NCBI GenBank assembly: GCA_963750535.1 | Contig: CAVVRF010000007.1 | Span: forward strand, 1,117-65,116 | DNA length: 64,000 nucleotides | Reading direction: 5' to 3' | From: an uncultured Alphaproteobacteria bacterium | GTDB taxonomy: Bacteria > Pseudomonadota > Alphaproteobacteria > Rhizobiales > Hyphomicrobiaceae | In this document: positions 9,619 through 18,365 of the stretch, piece after piece | Layout of the letters: every line of letters starts with the position of its first letter | Position numbering within the stretch: position 1 is the stretch's first letter | Made by a program: the position numbers and the translations under genes | The notes under the pieces: generated by a model | Seen by the model: the letters and a program-made list of their open reading frames with translations, nothing else | Database searches by the model: none | Told to the model about the DNA's origin: nothing

Positions 9619-10536
9619 TTAGGCAGACTTGGCCGACAGTTTGGTATCGGCTTTGGGGCCGGTCGCCTTGCCGGTCGCCTTGGACGAGCGAATGACCTGC
9701 TCCAGCGCCTGGATTTTCGGCGACCCCGCGCCTTTCCGCCAGATCAGGACGGTCTCGGCGACGTTTTCGCCCTTTGGCAGCTCGTGCACCCTCAGCCGCT
9801 TGCTCTCGGGAAACGTTCCGAGCACGCTACGTGGCAGCAGTGCAACGCCCATACCGACGAGCACGCAGCCGAGCATTGCGTGATACGAGCCGAGCTCGGT
9901 CATTCGTTCAGGCATGCCGCCCCGTCGCTGATACCAGTCCTCCAGTCGCTTGCGATGCGGACAGCCGTGCTCGAACACCACGATGGCCTGCGGGAGGACG
10001 CCCTTGGCGCCGATCGGCGGATGATCGGCCGCCGAAACGATCACCAGCTCCTCCCGGAAGGCCGGCACTTTTTCGAATGGCGCATCGGCGATCGGCTCGG
10101 CAACCAGCGCCGCGTCGATCTCGCCGGCCAGGATCGCACGCGCCAGGACCTGAGGGTTGCCCGTCCGCAGCTCCAGCACGACCTGCGGGAAACGGCGCTG
10201 ATACTCGCTGAGCGGTCCGGGCAGTCGAACCGCGGCGGTGCTTTCCATCGCGCCGAGCCGGAGCACTCCCCGCGGGCTCGGGTCCTGGACAGCGGCCGTC
10301 GCTTCGCCGGCAAGGGCCAGCAGCCGGTCCGCGTAGTCGAGCAGCACCTGACCCGCCGGCGCGAGATGCAGGCGCTTGCCTTCGCGGACGAACAGTGGCG
10401 TGCCCAGGTCTTCTTCCAGCTGACGAATTCGCGTGGTGACGTTCGACTGGACACGATGCAGGCGCTCCGCCGCGCGCGTCACGCCGCCCTCGCGAACGAC
10501 GGCGCAGAAGATTCGGAGGTCGGACAGATCCATCAT
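9619..10536 (-). CDS. LysR family transcriptional regulator
   Basis: N-terminal HTH MDLSDLRIFCAVVREGGVTRAAERLHRVQSNVTTRIRQLEEDLGTPLF, with a LysR substrate-binding domain after it. Confidence 0.9.
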   Translation of the reverse strand: MMDLSDLRIFCAVVREGGVTRAAERLHRVQSNVTTRIRQLEEDLGTPLFVREGKRLHLAPAGQVLLDYADRLLALAGEATAAVQDPSPRGVLRLGAMESTAAVRLPGPLSEYQRRFPQVVLELRTGNPQVLARAILAGEIDAALVAEPIADAPFEKVPAFREELVIVSAADHPPIGAKGVLPQAIVVFEHGCPHRKRLEDWYQRRGGMPERMTELGSYHAMLGCVLVGMGVALLPRSVLGTFPESKRLRVHELPKGENVAETVLIWRKGAGSPKIQALEQVIRSSKATGKATGPKADTKLSAKSA

Positions 10537-10679
10537 CTCACCACAAGATGGAAAATATCATTATTATTCATTTTATGTGAACTTTGCCGCGCGGTAAAGC
10601 TCCTTCGAAGCACACGGCTGTGGCCACCCGTCGTCCCCGGCCCAGAAGCTATCCAGGTATATGTGAGAGGAGATCGACC

Positions 10680-10973
10680 ATGTCGAAAGGCTATTGGATC
10701 GTCCGCGTGTCGGTTCGCAATGCCGAGCGCTATCCTGATTACCTCGCGGCCGCGCGGCCGGCCTTCGAGAAATTCGGTGCGCGCTTCGTGGTCCGAGGCG
10801 GGCGTTTCGAGTGCATGGAGGGCAGCGCCCGCGAACGCAATGTAGTGGTCGAATTCCCAGACTTCGCCACGGCCGTCGCCTGCTATCGCAGTCAGGAGTA
10901 CGAGGCGGCCAGGGCGATCCGCATTGCCAACGCCGATGCTGATTTCATCATCATCGAGGGGGCGGCGGCGTGA
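10680..10973 (+). CDS. DUF1330 domain protein
   Basis: MSKGYWIVRVSVRNAERYPDYLAAARPAFEKFGARFVVRGGRFECMEGSARERNVVVEFPDFATAVACYRSQEYEAARAIR is the conserved ~95-aa DUF1330 architecture. A GAGGAG RBS precedes ATG 10680. Confidence 0.75.
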   Translation: MSKGYWIVRVSVRNAERYPDYLAAARPAFEKFGARFVVRGGRFECMEGSARERNVVVEFPDFATAVACYRSQEYEAARAIRIANADADFIIIEGAAA

Positions 10974-11063
10974 CCGCCGTGCCAGCGAGACATCCATGCG
11001 CCGATGCGAGCAGTGCAATTACCTGGCCGATCGCATCGCCCGCGCAATCCTGCGACCGCGGGC

Positions 11064-12314
11064 CTATTGACCAGTCACCTCGGCCTTTTCCAGCATTGCG
11101 TGCAGCAACACGTTGGCGCCGTTCGTGACCCACTCCGGCTTGCAGTCCTCGGCTTCGTTGTGGCTGATGCCGCCGACGCACGGCACGAAGATCATCGCCG
11201 CCGGACAGACGCGCGCCATGTAGACAGCATCGTGGCCGGCACCCGAGATGATGTCGTGAAAGGTCAGCCCATTCTTCTTCGCGGCGTTGCGAATTGCATT
11301 GAGGCAGCCGGGGTCGAAGGCCTGCGCCGGGAATTGGGTGATCTGCTTGATCTCGATCTCGAGCCCGAGCTCGCGGGCAACGTCGCGGGCGATGTTGCGC
11401 AGGTTCTTGTCCATGGTTGCGAGCGACGGCTCGTCGGGATGGCGGAACTCGGCGGTCAGGAATGCAGAGCCCGGGATCACGTTGCGCGAGGCCGGCGTCA
11501 CCGTTATCACGCCGCAGGTGGCGCGGCCGTCCGGCATCATCATGCGGCCGATGCGGTTGACGCCGTCGATGAGACGGGCAGCACCCAGGAGCGCGTCCTT
11601 GCGCCGTTCCATCGGCGTCGAGCCGGCATGGCTGTCCTGTCCGATGATGCTGATCTCGTACCAGCGCTGGCCCTGGGCATGGGTAACGATGCCGATGTCG
11701 GTGCCATCCTCCTCGAGGATCGGACCCTGCTCGATGTGCAGCTCGAAGAAGGCGTGCACCGGCCGGCCGCCGACGTTCTCAGGTCCGGAATAGCCGATCC
11801 GATCCAGCTCCTCGCCGATCGACTTGCCGTCGAAATCCTTGATGCCGCGCGCGAAGTCGAGTGTGAAGGCACCGGCGAACACGCCAGAAGCAGTCATTGA
11901 CGGGGCGAACCGCGAGCCCTCCTCGTTGGTCCACATCGCGATCTCGATCGGGTGCTTCGTCTTGACGCCCATGTCGTTGAGCGAGCGCACCACCTCGAGC
12001 GCCGCCAGCACACCGAGCACGCCGTCGAACTTGCCGCCGGTCGGTTGCGTATCGAGATGGCTGCCTGCCATCACCGGCGGCAGCTTCGGCTCGGTGCCTT
12101 CGCGGCGGGCGAACATGTTGCCTATTTTATCGACCTTGATGGTGCAGCCGGCTTTCCTGCACCACGTCGCGAACAGGTCGCGCCCCTGCTTGTCGAGGTC
12201 GGTCAGCGCCTGGCGATTGCAGCCGCCCTTGGGCGTCGCACCGATCTTCGCCATTTCCATCAGGCTGTCCCACAGGCGGGCACCGTCGATCGCGAGATTG
12301 CTGCTATGCGACAT
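11064..12314 (-). CDS. M20 family Zn-dependent amidohydrolase (N-carbamoyl-L-amino-acid / allantoate amidohydrolase type)
   Basis: Signature blocks GSHLDTQPTGGKFDGVLGV, EEGSRF, GIVTHAQGQRWYEISIIGQDSHAG, AGHDA. About 416 aa. Confidence 0.85.
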   Translation of the reverse strand: MSHSSNLAIDGARLWDSLMEMAKIGATPKGGCNRQALTDLDKQGRDLFATWCRKAGCTIKVDKIGNMFARREGTEPKLPPVMAGSHLDTQPTGGKFDGVLGVLAALEVVRSLNDMGVKTKHPIEIAMWTNEEGSRFAPSMTASGVFAGAFTLDFARGIKDFDGKSIGEELDRIGYSGPENVGGRPVHAFFELHIEQGPILEEDGTDIGIVTHAQGQRWYEISIIGQDSHAGSTPMERRKDALLGAARLIDGVNRIGRMMMPDGRATCGVITVTPASRNVIPGSAFLTAEFRHPDEPSLATMDKNLRNIARDVARELGLEIEIKQITQFPAQAFDPGCLNAIRNAAKKNGLTFHDIISGAGHDAVYMARVCPAAMIFVPCVGGISHNEAEDCKPEWVTNGANVLLHAMLEKAEVTGQ

Positions 12315-12460
12315 CGATAATTCTTTCCGATTGAAGGGCACGAAGGGGCTCGCCTAAGAGCCTGTCCGGGGGATTTCCATGAGATTTCATGAAAATCCTC
12401 CGGACAGGCTCCAAGAGGGCTGGAAGCCCTCCTGTCTACAGATCGAGTTTGGTTCAGCAG

Positions 12461-13303
12461 ATGACTCTCTTGCAAGACATCATTGCGCCGCTGGAAAGCC
12501 TGGCGTCGAAGCATCGCACGCCTTGCGGCGACGGCGATCTGGTCTGGCGACGCTGGAGCCGGCCCAACGCCCGGCCGGTGATCCTCGCACATGGCGGCTC
12601 GGGCTCATGGACGCACTGGATCAAGACCATTCCGGCGCTGATCCCGCGCTACGACGTGTGGGCGGTCGACCTGCCGGGCCTTGGCGACAGCGCCATGCCG
12701 CCCAAGCCGTGGACGCCCGAGACCTGCGGCAAGGTCGTGGCCAAAGGCATCCGCCAACTGATCCCGGCCGAACGGCGGCCGCATCTGGTGACGTTCTCTT
12801 TCGGCGGTCACGTCGGCACGTTCGCGGCGATCGAGTTGGGTCAGCATATCGCCAGCTTCACGCTGTCGGGCTGCTCGGCGCTCGGATTGCATCCGAAGCT
12901 CGACGAATTCCCGAAGGAGCGCAACACCATGACCGAGAGCCAGCGCCGCGAGGTGCACCGGCGGGTGCTGGAAATATTGATGATCGCCGAGCCGTCTCGG
13001 ATCGACGACGAGGCGATCGCGATCCAGGCCGACAACGTGCGCAAGGCGAGGTTCCGATCGCGCGAGTTCGCACGGACGAGCGAGATCAAGGAGCGCCTCG
13101 CCGACGTGAAGGTGCCGGTGCGCGCCATCTGGGGCGAGCGCGACGTGCTGGCGAAGCCGACGCTCGCGCATCTCTTCGACGTGCTGCGGCAGCATCAACC
13201 GGACCTCGTGACCCGCGTGGTCGGCGACGCCGGCCACTGGTCGATGTTCGAGCAGCCCGCGGCATTCAATGCGGCGCTGCTGGAAATCCTGGAGCTGGGC
13301 TAG
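12461..13303 (+). CDS. alpha/beta hydrolase
   Basis: VILAHGGSGSW, FSFGGHVG nucleophile elbow (GxSxG variant) and GDAGHWSMFEQPAAF C-terminal catalytic His region. Confidence 0.75.
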   Translation: MTLLQDIIAPLESLASKHRTPCGDGDLVWRRWSRPNARPVILAHGGSGSWTHWIKTIPALIPRYDVWAVDLPGLGDSAMPPKPWTPETCGKVVAKGIRQLIPAERRPHLVTFSFGGHVGTFAAIELGQHIASFTLSGCSALGLHPKLDEFPKERNTMTESQRREVHRRVLEILMIAEPSRIDDEAIAIQADNVRKARFRSREFARTSEIKERLADVKVPVRAIWGERDVLAKPTLAHLFDVLRQHQPDLVTRVVGDAGHWSMFEQPAAFNAALLEILELG

Positions 13304-13315
13304 CGATGAGCCGGG

Positions 13316-13969
13316 CTAGCCGCCACCCAGCCGCCAGACGGCAGTCCGCTTGATCTCGCTGTCCTCGAGCTCGCGCGTTACCGGCACGTTGTACTGGGCT
13401 ACCTGGGTGAAGCGGCCGCGCGGGAAGTATGTCCGCTGCGGATCGCCGATCAGGATCGTGCTGCCGCCAGTCGCGGCCGCCTCGATATAGGCGAGCACGG
13501 CTTCGGCCAGGGGCCGCTCGTAGAACAGGTCGCCGACCAGCGTGACATCGAAGGCCGCCGGCACTTGCGCGAGCAGGTTATCGGGAGTGGTGGCGATGAC
13601 GACGCCATTGGCTGCCGCATTGAGCTCGGCGGCGACCAGCGCCAGCGGATCGATGTCGGCGGCCAGGGCCGATCGGGCGCCCGACAGCAGCGGCGCGATC
13701 GCGGTCAGACCGGAGCCGCAGCCGAGGTCGAGCACCGACTTGCCTCGCACCAGCGCGGGATTGTCGAGCAGATAGCGCGCCAGCGCCTGACCGCCTGCCC
13801 AGGCAAATGCCCAGAATGGCGGCGGAACGTTGATTCTGCCGAGCTCCTCCTCGGTTTTCTGCCAGATCGGCAGCGACTCCTCGGCCAGGTGCAGCCTGAT
13901 CTCCGGCACCAGTGGCGGCGATAAGAGCTTGGTATTGCAACGAATGAAGGCCGCTGGATCGCTGATCAT
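13316..13969 (-). CDS. class I SAM-dependent methyltransferase, Methyltransf_16 / protein-lysine MTase-like
   Basis: SAM motif I VLDLGCGSGLTAIA and motif DVTLVGDLFYE (the D-x-x-x-Y motif typical of the FAM86/METTL20-like lysine-MTase family). Its ATG overlaps the stop of the upstream EVE gene (ATGA). Confidence 0.7.
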   Translation of the reverse strand: MISDPAAFIRCNTKLLSPPLVPEIRLHLAEESLPIWQKTEEELGRINVPPPFWAFAWAGGQALARYLLDNPALVRGKSVLDLGCGSGLTAIAPLLSGARSALAADIDPLALVAAELNAAANGVVIATTPDNLLAQVPAAFDVTLVGDLFYERPLAEAVLAYIEAAATGGSTILIGDPQRTYFPRGRFTQVAQYNVPVTRELEDSEIKRTAVWRLGGG

Positions 13970-14409
13970 CCCCCGATCTGCCGCCAGTCGAGGCCGCCCA
14001 TGCGGCAAACCTCTCGCCATTCGTCCGGCTGGACCGGCTGCACTGAGAGCCGCATCGAGGTTACGAGGCTCATCCTCGCCAGCTTGGGGTTGGCCTTCAC
14101 GTCGACGAGTGTCACCGGCTTCGCCAGATCGCAGACCGCTTCGACATCGACACACTCCCATTTGCCGGTGTCGTCGGTCGGGTCAGGATGCGCGAGCGCG
14201 ATCACCTTCACGATGCCAACGATCTCCTTGCCCAGGTTCGAATGATAGAAGAAGCCGAGATCGCCGAGTTTCATCGCGCGCATGTTGTTGCGCGCGAGGA
14301 AATTACGCACGCCGGTCCAGGTCTCGCCCTTGCTGCCGCGCGATTTCTGCATCTCCCACGAGAACACGTCGGGCTCAGATTTGAAGAGCCAGTGGCCAGT
14401 TGGCGGCAT
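13966..14409 (-). CDS. EVE (PUA-like) domain protein
   Basis: MPPTGHWLFKSEPDVFSWEM...GDLGFFYHSNLGKEIVGIVKV matches the EVE/DUF55 consensus (YWLMKSEP..FS......GD.v.FYHS). The start is chosen at M18 of the ORF. Confidence 0.7.
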   Translation of the reverse strand: MPPTGHWLFKSEPDVFSWEMQKSRGSKGETWTGVRNFLARNNMRAMKLGDLGFFYHSNLGKEIVGIVKVIALAHPDPTDDTGKWECVDVEAVCDLAKPVTLVDVKANPKLARMSLVTSMRLSVQPVQPDEWREVCRMGGLDWRQIGG

Positions 14410-14624
14410 GTCCGATGACGGCGTCACTGACTTCTTCGGCATCATACGGTCGCGTTCCAATCGTTGAAATTCTAACGGTAGCTGCGGCTTTCGAGGTCTT
14501 TGGGCGCGCTATGCAGGCCGAGCCTGTGTTTACCACCCCGAGAGATGACGCCGCAATCTTATCCCCCCTCGTTCCAAACGGCATCATCATTCATCGCGTG
14601 ATTGAACCGCGACGAGGATGATCC

Positions 14625-15122
14625 GTGACGGCCCGTGAATTCGATGAGTTTCTCTGGGCGGCCCGCCCGGCGCTGCTCGCTCTCAAGAGCGAGCTTGCAG
14701 CACAACGCTTCCTCCTTGCGGCTAGGAGGCTCGCGGCGGTGCTGCGCAAGGCCGGCTTCAATCCGGACCAGCCTCGGGACGACCAAGGCCGCTGGATTGA
14801 TTCTGGGGGAGTTGGTGATCAAGAACAAGATTCGCAGGTAGTTCTGGCCGGCGGCCCTCGCGGTCGCTCAGGGTATCCGATTGACCTGCTGGAGGAGGAA
14901 GCACTCGATGCGTTCGTCGAGCGGCGATTCCCATCGGTACTGCCTTTCACGTTCTTGTTTGGCCAGTTCGACAGCCCCACGGGTTACGAGGCATATGCTC
15001 GAAATTCGCACACCCAACCTGTCATGCGGGCTACCACGGGTGTTACAGTTCTCTTACGCCGGACGGATCGCAGCGAGAAAGGGTACTACGTCGAAACCGC
15101 TTGGCCGACCAACGAGGACTGA
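14625..15122 (+). CDS. hypothetical protein; possible orphan Rhs/polymorphic-toxin C-terminal module
   Basis: GTG start. The segment FNPDQPRDDQGRWIDSGGVG resembles the YDPxTGRW(I/L)SxDPIG boundary motif that separates Rhs cores from their C-terminal toxin domains. The ~110 aa after it have no family I recognise. The next gene starts 1 nt after the stop. Confidence 0.4.
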   Translation: MTAREFDEFLWAARPALLALKSELAAQRFLLAARRLAAVLRKAGFNPDQPRDDQGRWIDSGGVGDQEQDSQVVLAGGPRGRSGYPIDLLEEEALDAFVERRFPSVLPFTFLFGQFDSPTGYEAYARNSHTQPVMRATTGVTVLLRRTDRSEKGYYVETAWPTNED

Positions 15123-15123
15123 T

Positions 15124-15438
15124 ATGACCGAAATTGCCCTTCCGCCGGAGTTCAAGAAGGCATGCCGGAACCTAGGTCAGAACATAGGCTACGAACAGCC
15201 CTCTATGGAGGTGATCGTCAACTACGCTCTTAGCAATCTGGACAGGAACGATGCCGCAGTAATCAGAAAATTCCTTGATGACGAGTTACTGAGCGGTCGC
15301 CGTGACGATCGCGCCTTGATGGAAACGTGGTGGTCAACGCCGGCCAGCATATATTTCCACGACGGTCAGGAACTGCGCCGGTTCTTGCGCCTGTTGCGCG
15401 AGGCATTGGGGCGACCTCCATTTGTCGACGCCAGGTAA
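15124..15438 (+). CDS. small acidic hypothetical protein; candidate immunity protein for the upstream ORF
   Basis: 104 aa, starts 1 nt after the upstream stop with no recognisable enzymatic motif (…DDELLSGRRDDRALMETWWSTPASIYFHDGQELRRFLRLLREALG). The call is made from position and size only. Confidence 0.4.
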   Translation: MTEIALPPEFKKACRNLGQNIGYEQPSMEVIVNYALSNLDRNDAAVIRKFLDDELLSGRRDDRALMETWWSTPASIYFHDGQELRRFLRLLREALGRPPFVDAR

Positions 15439-15527
15439 CCCGCCTCCATCGGGACTTCGGCGTGGTCAAATAAATACCGGCCGCAACGTGCGGCCGGCAT
15501 CCATCGCGCCATCAGCGATCTCGCGCG

Positions 15528-15791
15528 TCAGCTGCGCCGACCGTCACCACGGTGCTTGCTGTCGTTGTCGTCCCGGTCATGTCGCTCCGAGCGGTCGCTC
15601 GTCCGGCCATGATCGTCGTCGTCGCTGTCCTTGTAGCGGTCGCCGCGGTGCTCGCGATACTCGCCGTGCTGGCGCTCGCTATACTGCGAATGGCCACGCT
15701 CGCGATGGCCCCGGCCATTGTCGTCAGAGGCGAAGGCCGGCACGGCCAATCCCATCAGAAGGGCGGTCACTGCGATTGTCAGAGGCTTCAT
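15528..15791 (-). CDS. small secreted protein with His/Arg/Asp/Glu-rich repetitive tail
   Basis: Signal peptide MKPLTIAVTALLMGLAVPAFA, then GRGHRERGHSQYSERQHGEYREHRGDRYKDSDDDDHGRTSDRSERHDRDDNDSKHRGDGRR. Confidence 0.5.
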   Translation of the reverse strand: MKPLTIAVTALLMGLAVPAFASDDNGRGHRERGHSQYSERQHGEYREHRGDRYKDSDDDDHGRTSDRSERHDRDDNDSKHRGDGRRS

Positions 15792-15934
15792 TGGTTCATC
15801 TCCTGTGCTGCGTTTCACCAACGAGGCCGAGATTATGCAGGGCAGGCTGAGATCGACCTGAAGTCGGACGTCATCGATTTGTCAGCTAGGAGCAAGCTAT
15901 GTTGCCGCACCATGGAGCGTCGATGGTCAACCCG

Positions 15935-16231
15935 ATGAAGTCCACCGCCACTGCGGCGATCCTGCTTGCCGGGCTTGTGCTGGCATCGCCGGCCTTTGCC
16001 GATTCGATCGATGCGGCACGGGCTCGCGCTCTTGTCGAGCGTGGTGAGATCCTGCCGCTGGAGCAGATCATGAAGATGAACGAAAGCCAGCTCGCTGGTC
16101 GTATCATCGAAGTGGAGCTCGAGGCGGCGCGCGCGGGCTACTTGTACGAGATCAAGGTGCTGCCGCCGGATGGGCGCTATCGGAAGTTCAAGATCGATGC
16201 CCGGTCCGGGCAGATCTTGCGAGAGAAGTGA
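15935..16231 (+). CDS. PepSY domain protein (periplasmic)
   Basis: Signal peptide MKSTATAAILLAGLVLASPAFA followed by a ~70-aa PepSY fold (…GRIIEVELEAARAGYLYEIKVLPPDGRYRKFKIDARSGQIL). It sits immediately upstream of the response-regulator/kinase pair. Confidence 0.7.
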   Translation: MKSTATAAILLAGLVLASPAFADSIDAARARALVERGEILPLEQIMKMNESQLAGRIIEVELEAARAGYLYEIKVLPPDGRYRKFKIDARSGQILREK

Positions 16232-16243
16232 CAGGCGGGCACG

Positions 16244-16918
16244 ATGCGCATTCTCGTGGTCGAGGACGAGAGGAAGGTTGCCGCCGATCTCGGGCGGGCG
16301 CTGGAAGGGTCAGGCCTTGTCGTGGAGCAGGTCTCGGATGGTGAGACCGCGTGGTTCCAGGGCGACACCGAGAACTACGACCTCGTGGTCCTCGACCTGG
16401 GATTGCCCAGGCTCGACGGCCTTCAGGTGCTGAAGCGCTGGCGCGCCAACCAGCGGACGATGCCGGTGCTCGTCCTTACCGCGCGGGACAGCTGGACGGA
16501 GAAAGTGGAGGCGATCGACGCCGGCGCCGACGACTACCTGACCAAGCCGTTCCACATGGCGGAGCTGCTCGCGCGCGTGCGCGCTCTGCTTCGCCGGCAG
16601 ACCAGCCACGCCAGCGCGGTACTTTCGGTCGAGGACATCGACCTCGATACCCGGCATTCCCGCGTGTCGAAGGGCGGCATTCCCGTCGAGCTGTCGCCGC
16701 TCGAGTACCGTCTCTTCAACTACCTCGTGCACCATGCCGGTCGAGCCGTGCCGCAGATCGAGCTGACCGAGCACGTGTATTCCCAGGATTTCGAGCGGGA
16801 CAGCAATGCCATCGAGGTGCTCGTCAAGCGGCTCAGATCCAAGCTCGGTGCCGAGGCGATCAAGACCCGCAGAGGCTATGGATACTACGTCGGCACCCTT
16901 GCCGAGCGACCGACATGA
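16244..16918 (+). CDS. OmpR family response regulator
   Basis: REC domain (MRILVVEDE...DLVVLDLGLP...DDYLTKPF) plus a winged-helix trans_reg_C (ELSPLEYRLFNYLVHHAGRAVPQIELTEHVY). Confidence 0.9.
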   Translation: MRILVVEDERKVAADLGRALEGSGLVVEQVSDGETAWFQGDTENYDLVVLDLGLPRLDGLQVLKRWRANQRTMPVLVLTARDSWTEKVEAIDAGADDYLTKPFHMAELLARVRALLRRQTSHASAVLSVEDIDLDTRHSRVSKGGIPVELSPLEYRLFNYLVHHAGRAVPQIELTEHVYSQDFERDSNAIEVLVKRLRSKLGAEAIKTRRGYGYYVGTLAERPT

Positions 16919-18318
16919 GATCCTTGAGATCCTTGCGGCTCCGCCTGCTCGTTGGCGCCGTGATCGGCATCGGGATTGCCCTGTCGCTGGCCGGGCTCGT
17001 CCTGGTCGGGATCTTCGACGCCCACGTCCGGCAACGCTACATGAAGGAGCTCGACGACCACCTGCTTCAGCTGGTTGCCATGATCGAGATCGACGCCGCC
17101 GGCGCCGCGAAGCTCAAGCAGGAGTTGTCGGAGCCCGAGTTCCGCCGCCCGCTATCCGGTCAGTACTGGCAGGTTGAGCGCGATGGCAGGGCGATCCTGC
17201 GGTCGCGCTCGCTTTGGGATGAGAAGCTATCGCTTCGCGGCGATCCACCCGAGCGAGGCGCTCTTCGATCGTACGAGACCGTCGGACCGGTTCAGAAGAA
17301 TCTGCTCGTCGTCGAGAGGTTGATCGATCTGCCACCGCCCGACACAGCAACTCTCAGGATGGCTGTCGCCGGCGAGAGCAGCGTCGTCGACAGCGCGCGG
17401 CGAGACTTCGCCGGCGTTGTCGGGGTCTCGCTCGTCGTCCTTGGAATGCTATTGGCCGCAGCGTCGTGGCTGCAAGTCGGGGCGGGACTCGCACCACTGC
17501 AGGCACTGCGGGCAAGGCTCGAGTCGATGCACAAGGGTGCCGCGCAGCGGGTGGAGGGCGAATATCCGATCGAGGTGGTCGGGCTCGTCCATGACCTTAA
17601 TCGCCTGATCGAGACGCAAGCGGCCGAAGCCGAGCGCGCAAGACGCAACGCCGCCAAGCTCGGCCATGGCCTGAAGACGCCGCTCGCGGTGTTGGCCGCG
17701 GAAGCTCGTGTGCTGCGCGAGAAGGGCGAAGCCGCGGCGGCCGACACTATCGATAGCGAGGTCGGTGCAATGAATGCCAACGTGGCACGGGCGCTTGCCT
17801 CCGCGCGTGCCATCGGTCCTCGCACCGCCATCGGCACCCGAACTGGAATCGAATCCGTTCTGGAGCGGCTGGTGCCGGTGATGAAGAAGCTTCCTGGCAG
17901 CTCGGCGCTCGAGTGGTCGGTTTCAGTGCCGCGCCACATGCCGGCAGTTCGCATCGATCAGCGCGACATCGAGGACATACTCGGCAACCTGCTCGACAAC
18001 GCGCGGAAATGGGCAAGAAGCCGTGTTGGAATTACCGCCTACCCGGAGAGCGGCAATCTCGTCGTCGTCGTCGACGATGACGGTCCCGGCATCCCGGCCG
18101 ATCGCATTGATGACGTGCTGGTCCGAGGTGTGAGGCTCGACCGGAATGTACCGGGCACCGGCGTGGGGCTCACGATCGTAAAGGATCTGGTCGACCTGCA
18201 TGCCGGCGGTCTCGAGTTCGCTTCGAGTCCGGCTGGCGGTCTGCGAGTACTTGTGAGGCTGCCGCTTGCTCCGGCGACGGATAGCACCGAGCCCCGCTCC
18301 GCCGGCCTGCCATCATGA
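16915..18318 (+). CDS. sensor histidine kinase (two TM segments, HAMP, HisKA, HATPase_c)
   Basis: MRSLRSLRLRLLVGAVIGIGIALSLAGLVLVG TM1, H-box AAKLGHGLKTPLAVL, N/G boxes LGNLLDNARKW...DDDGPGIP...GTGVGLTIVKDL. The start overlaps the response-regulator stop (ATGA). The supplied 655-aa ORF is a read-through artefact across the two genes. Confidence 0.85.
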   Translation: MRSLRSLRLRLLVGAVIGIGIALSLAGLVLVGIFDAHVRQRYMKELDDHLLQLVAMIEIDAAGAAKLKQELSEPEFRRPLSGQYWQVERDGRAILRSRSLWDEKLSLRGDPPERGALRSYETVGPVQKNLLVVERLIDLPPPDTATLRMAVAGESSVVDSARRDFAGVVGVSLVVLGMLLAAASWLQVGAGLAPLQALRARLESMHKGAAQRVEGEYPIEVVGLVHDLNRLIETQAAEAERARRNAAKLGHGLKTPLAVLAAEARVLREKGEAAAADTIDSEVGAMNANVARALASARAIGPRTAIGTRTGIESVLERLVPVMKKLPGSSALEWSVSVPRHMPAVRIDQRDIEDILGNLLDNARKWARSRVGITAYPESGNLVVVVDDDGPGIPADRIDDVLVRGVRLDRNVPGTGVGLTIVKDLVDLHAGGLEFASSPAGGLRVLVRLPLAPATDSTEPRSAGLPS

Positions 18319-18365
18319 TGTCGGCGCCTTGATCGAGGGCTTGCCAACTGCGGCCACGGCCTCAG

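Noticed and set aside
13316-13969. Calling the methyltransferase a DNA N6-adenine MTase partner of a restriction system
   Set aside because: It has no DPPY/NPPY amino-MTase motif and no nearby endonuclease or specificity gene. The motifs fit the protein-lysine (Methyltransf_16) family better.
16351-18318. 655-aa ORF spanning the response regulator and the histidine kinase
   Set aside because: A frame read-through in GC-rich DNA. The response regulator (16244-16918) and histidine kinase (16915-18318) are separate genes with an ATGA overlap, and the 16351 frame within the response regulator is not the REC-domain frame.
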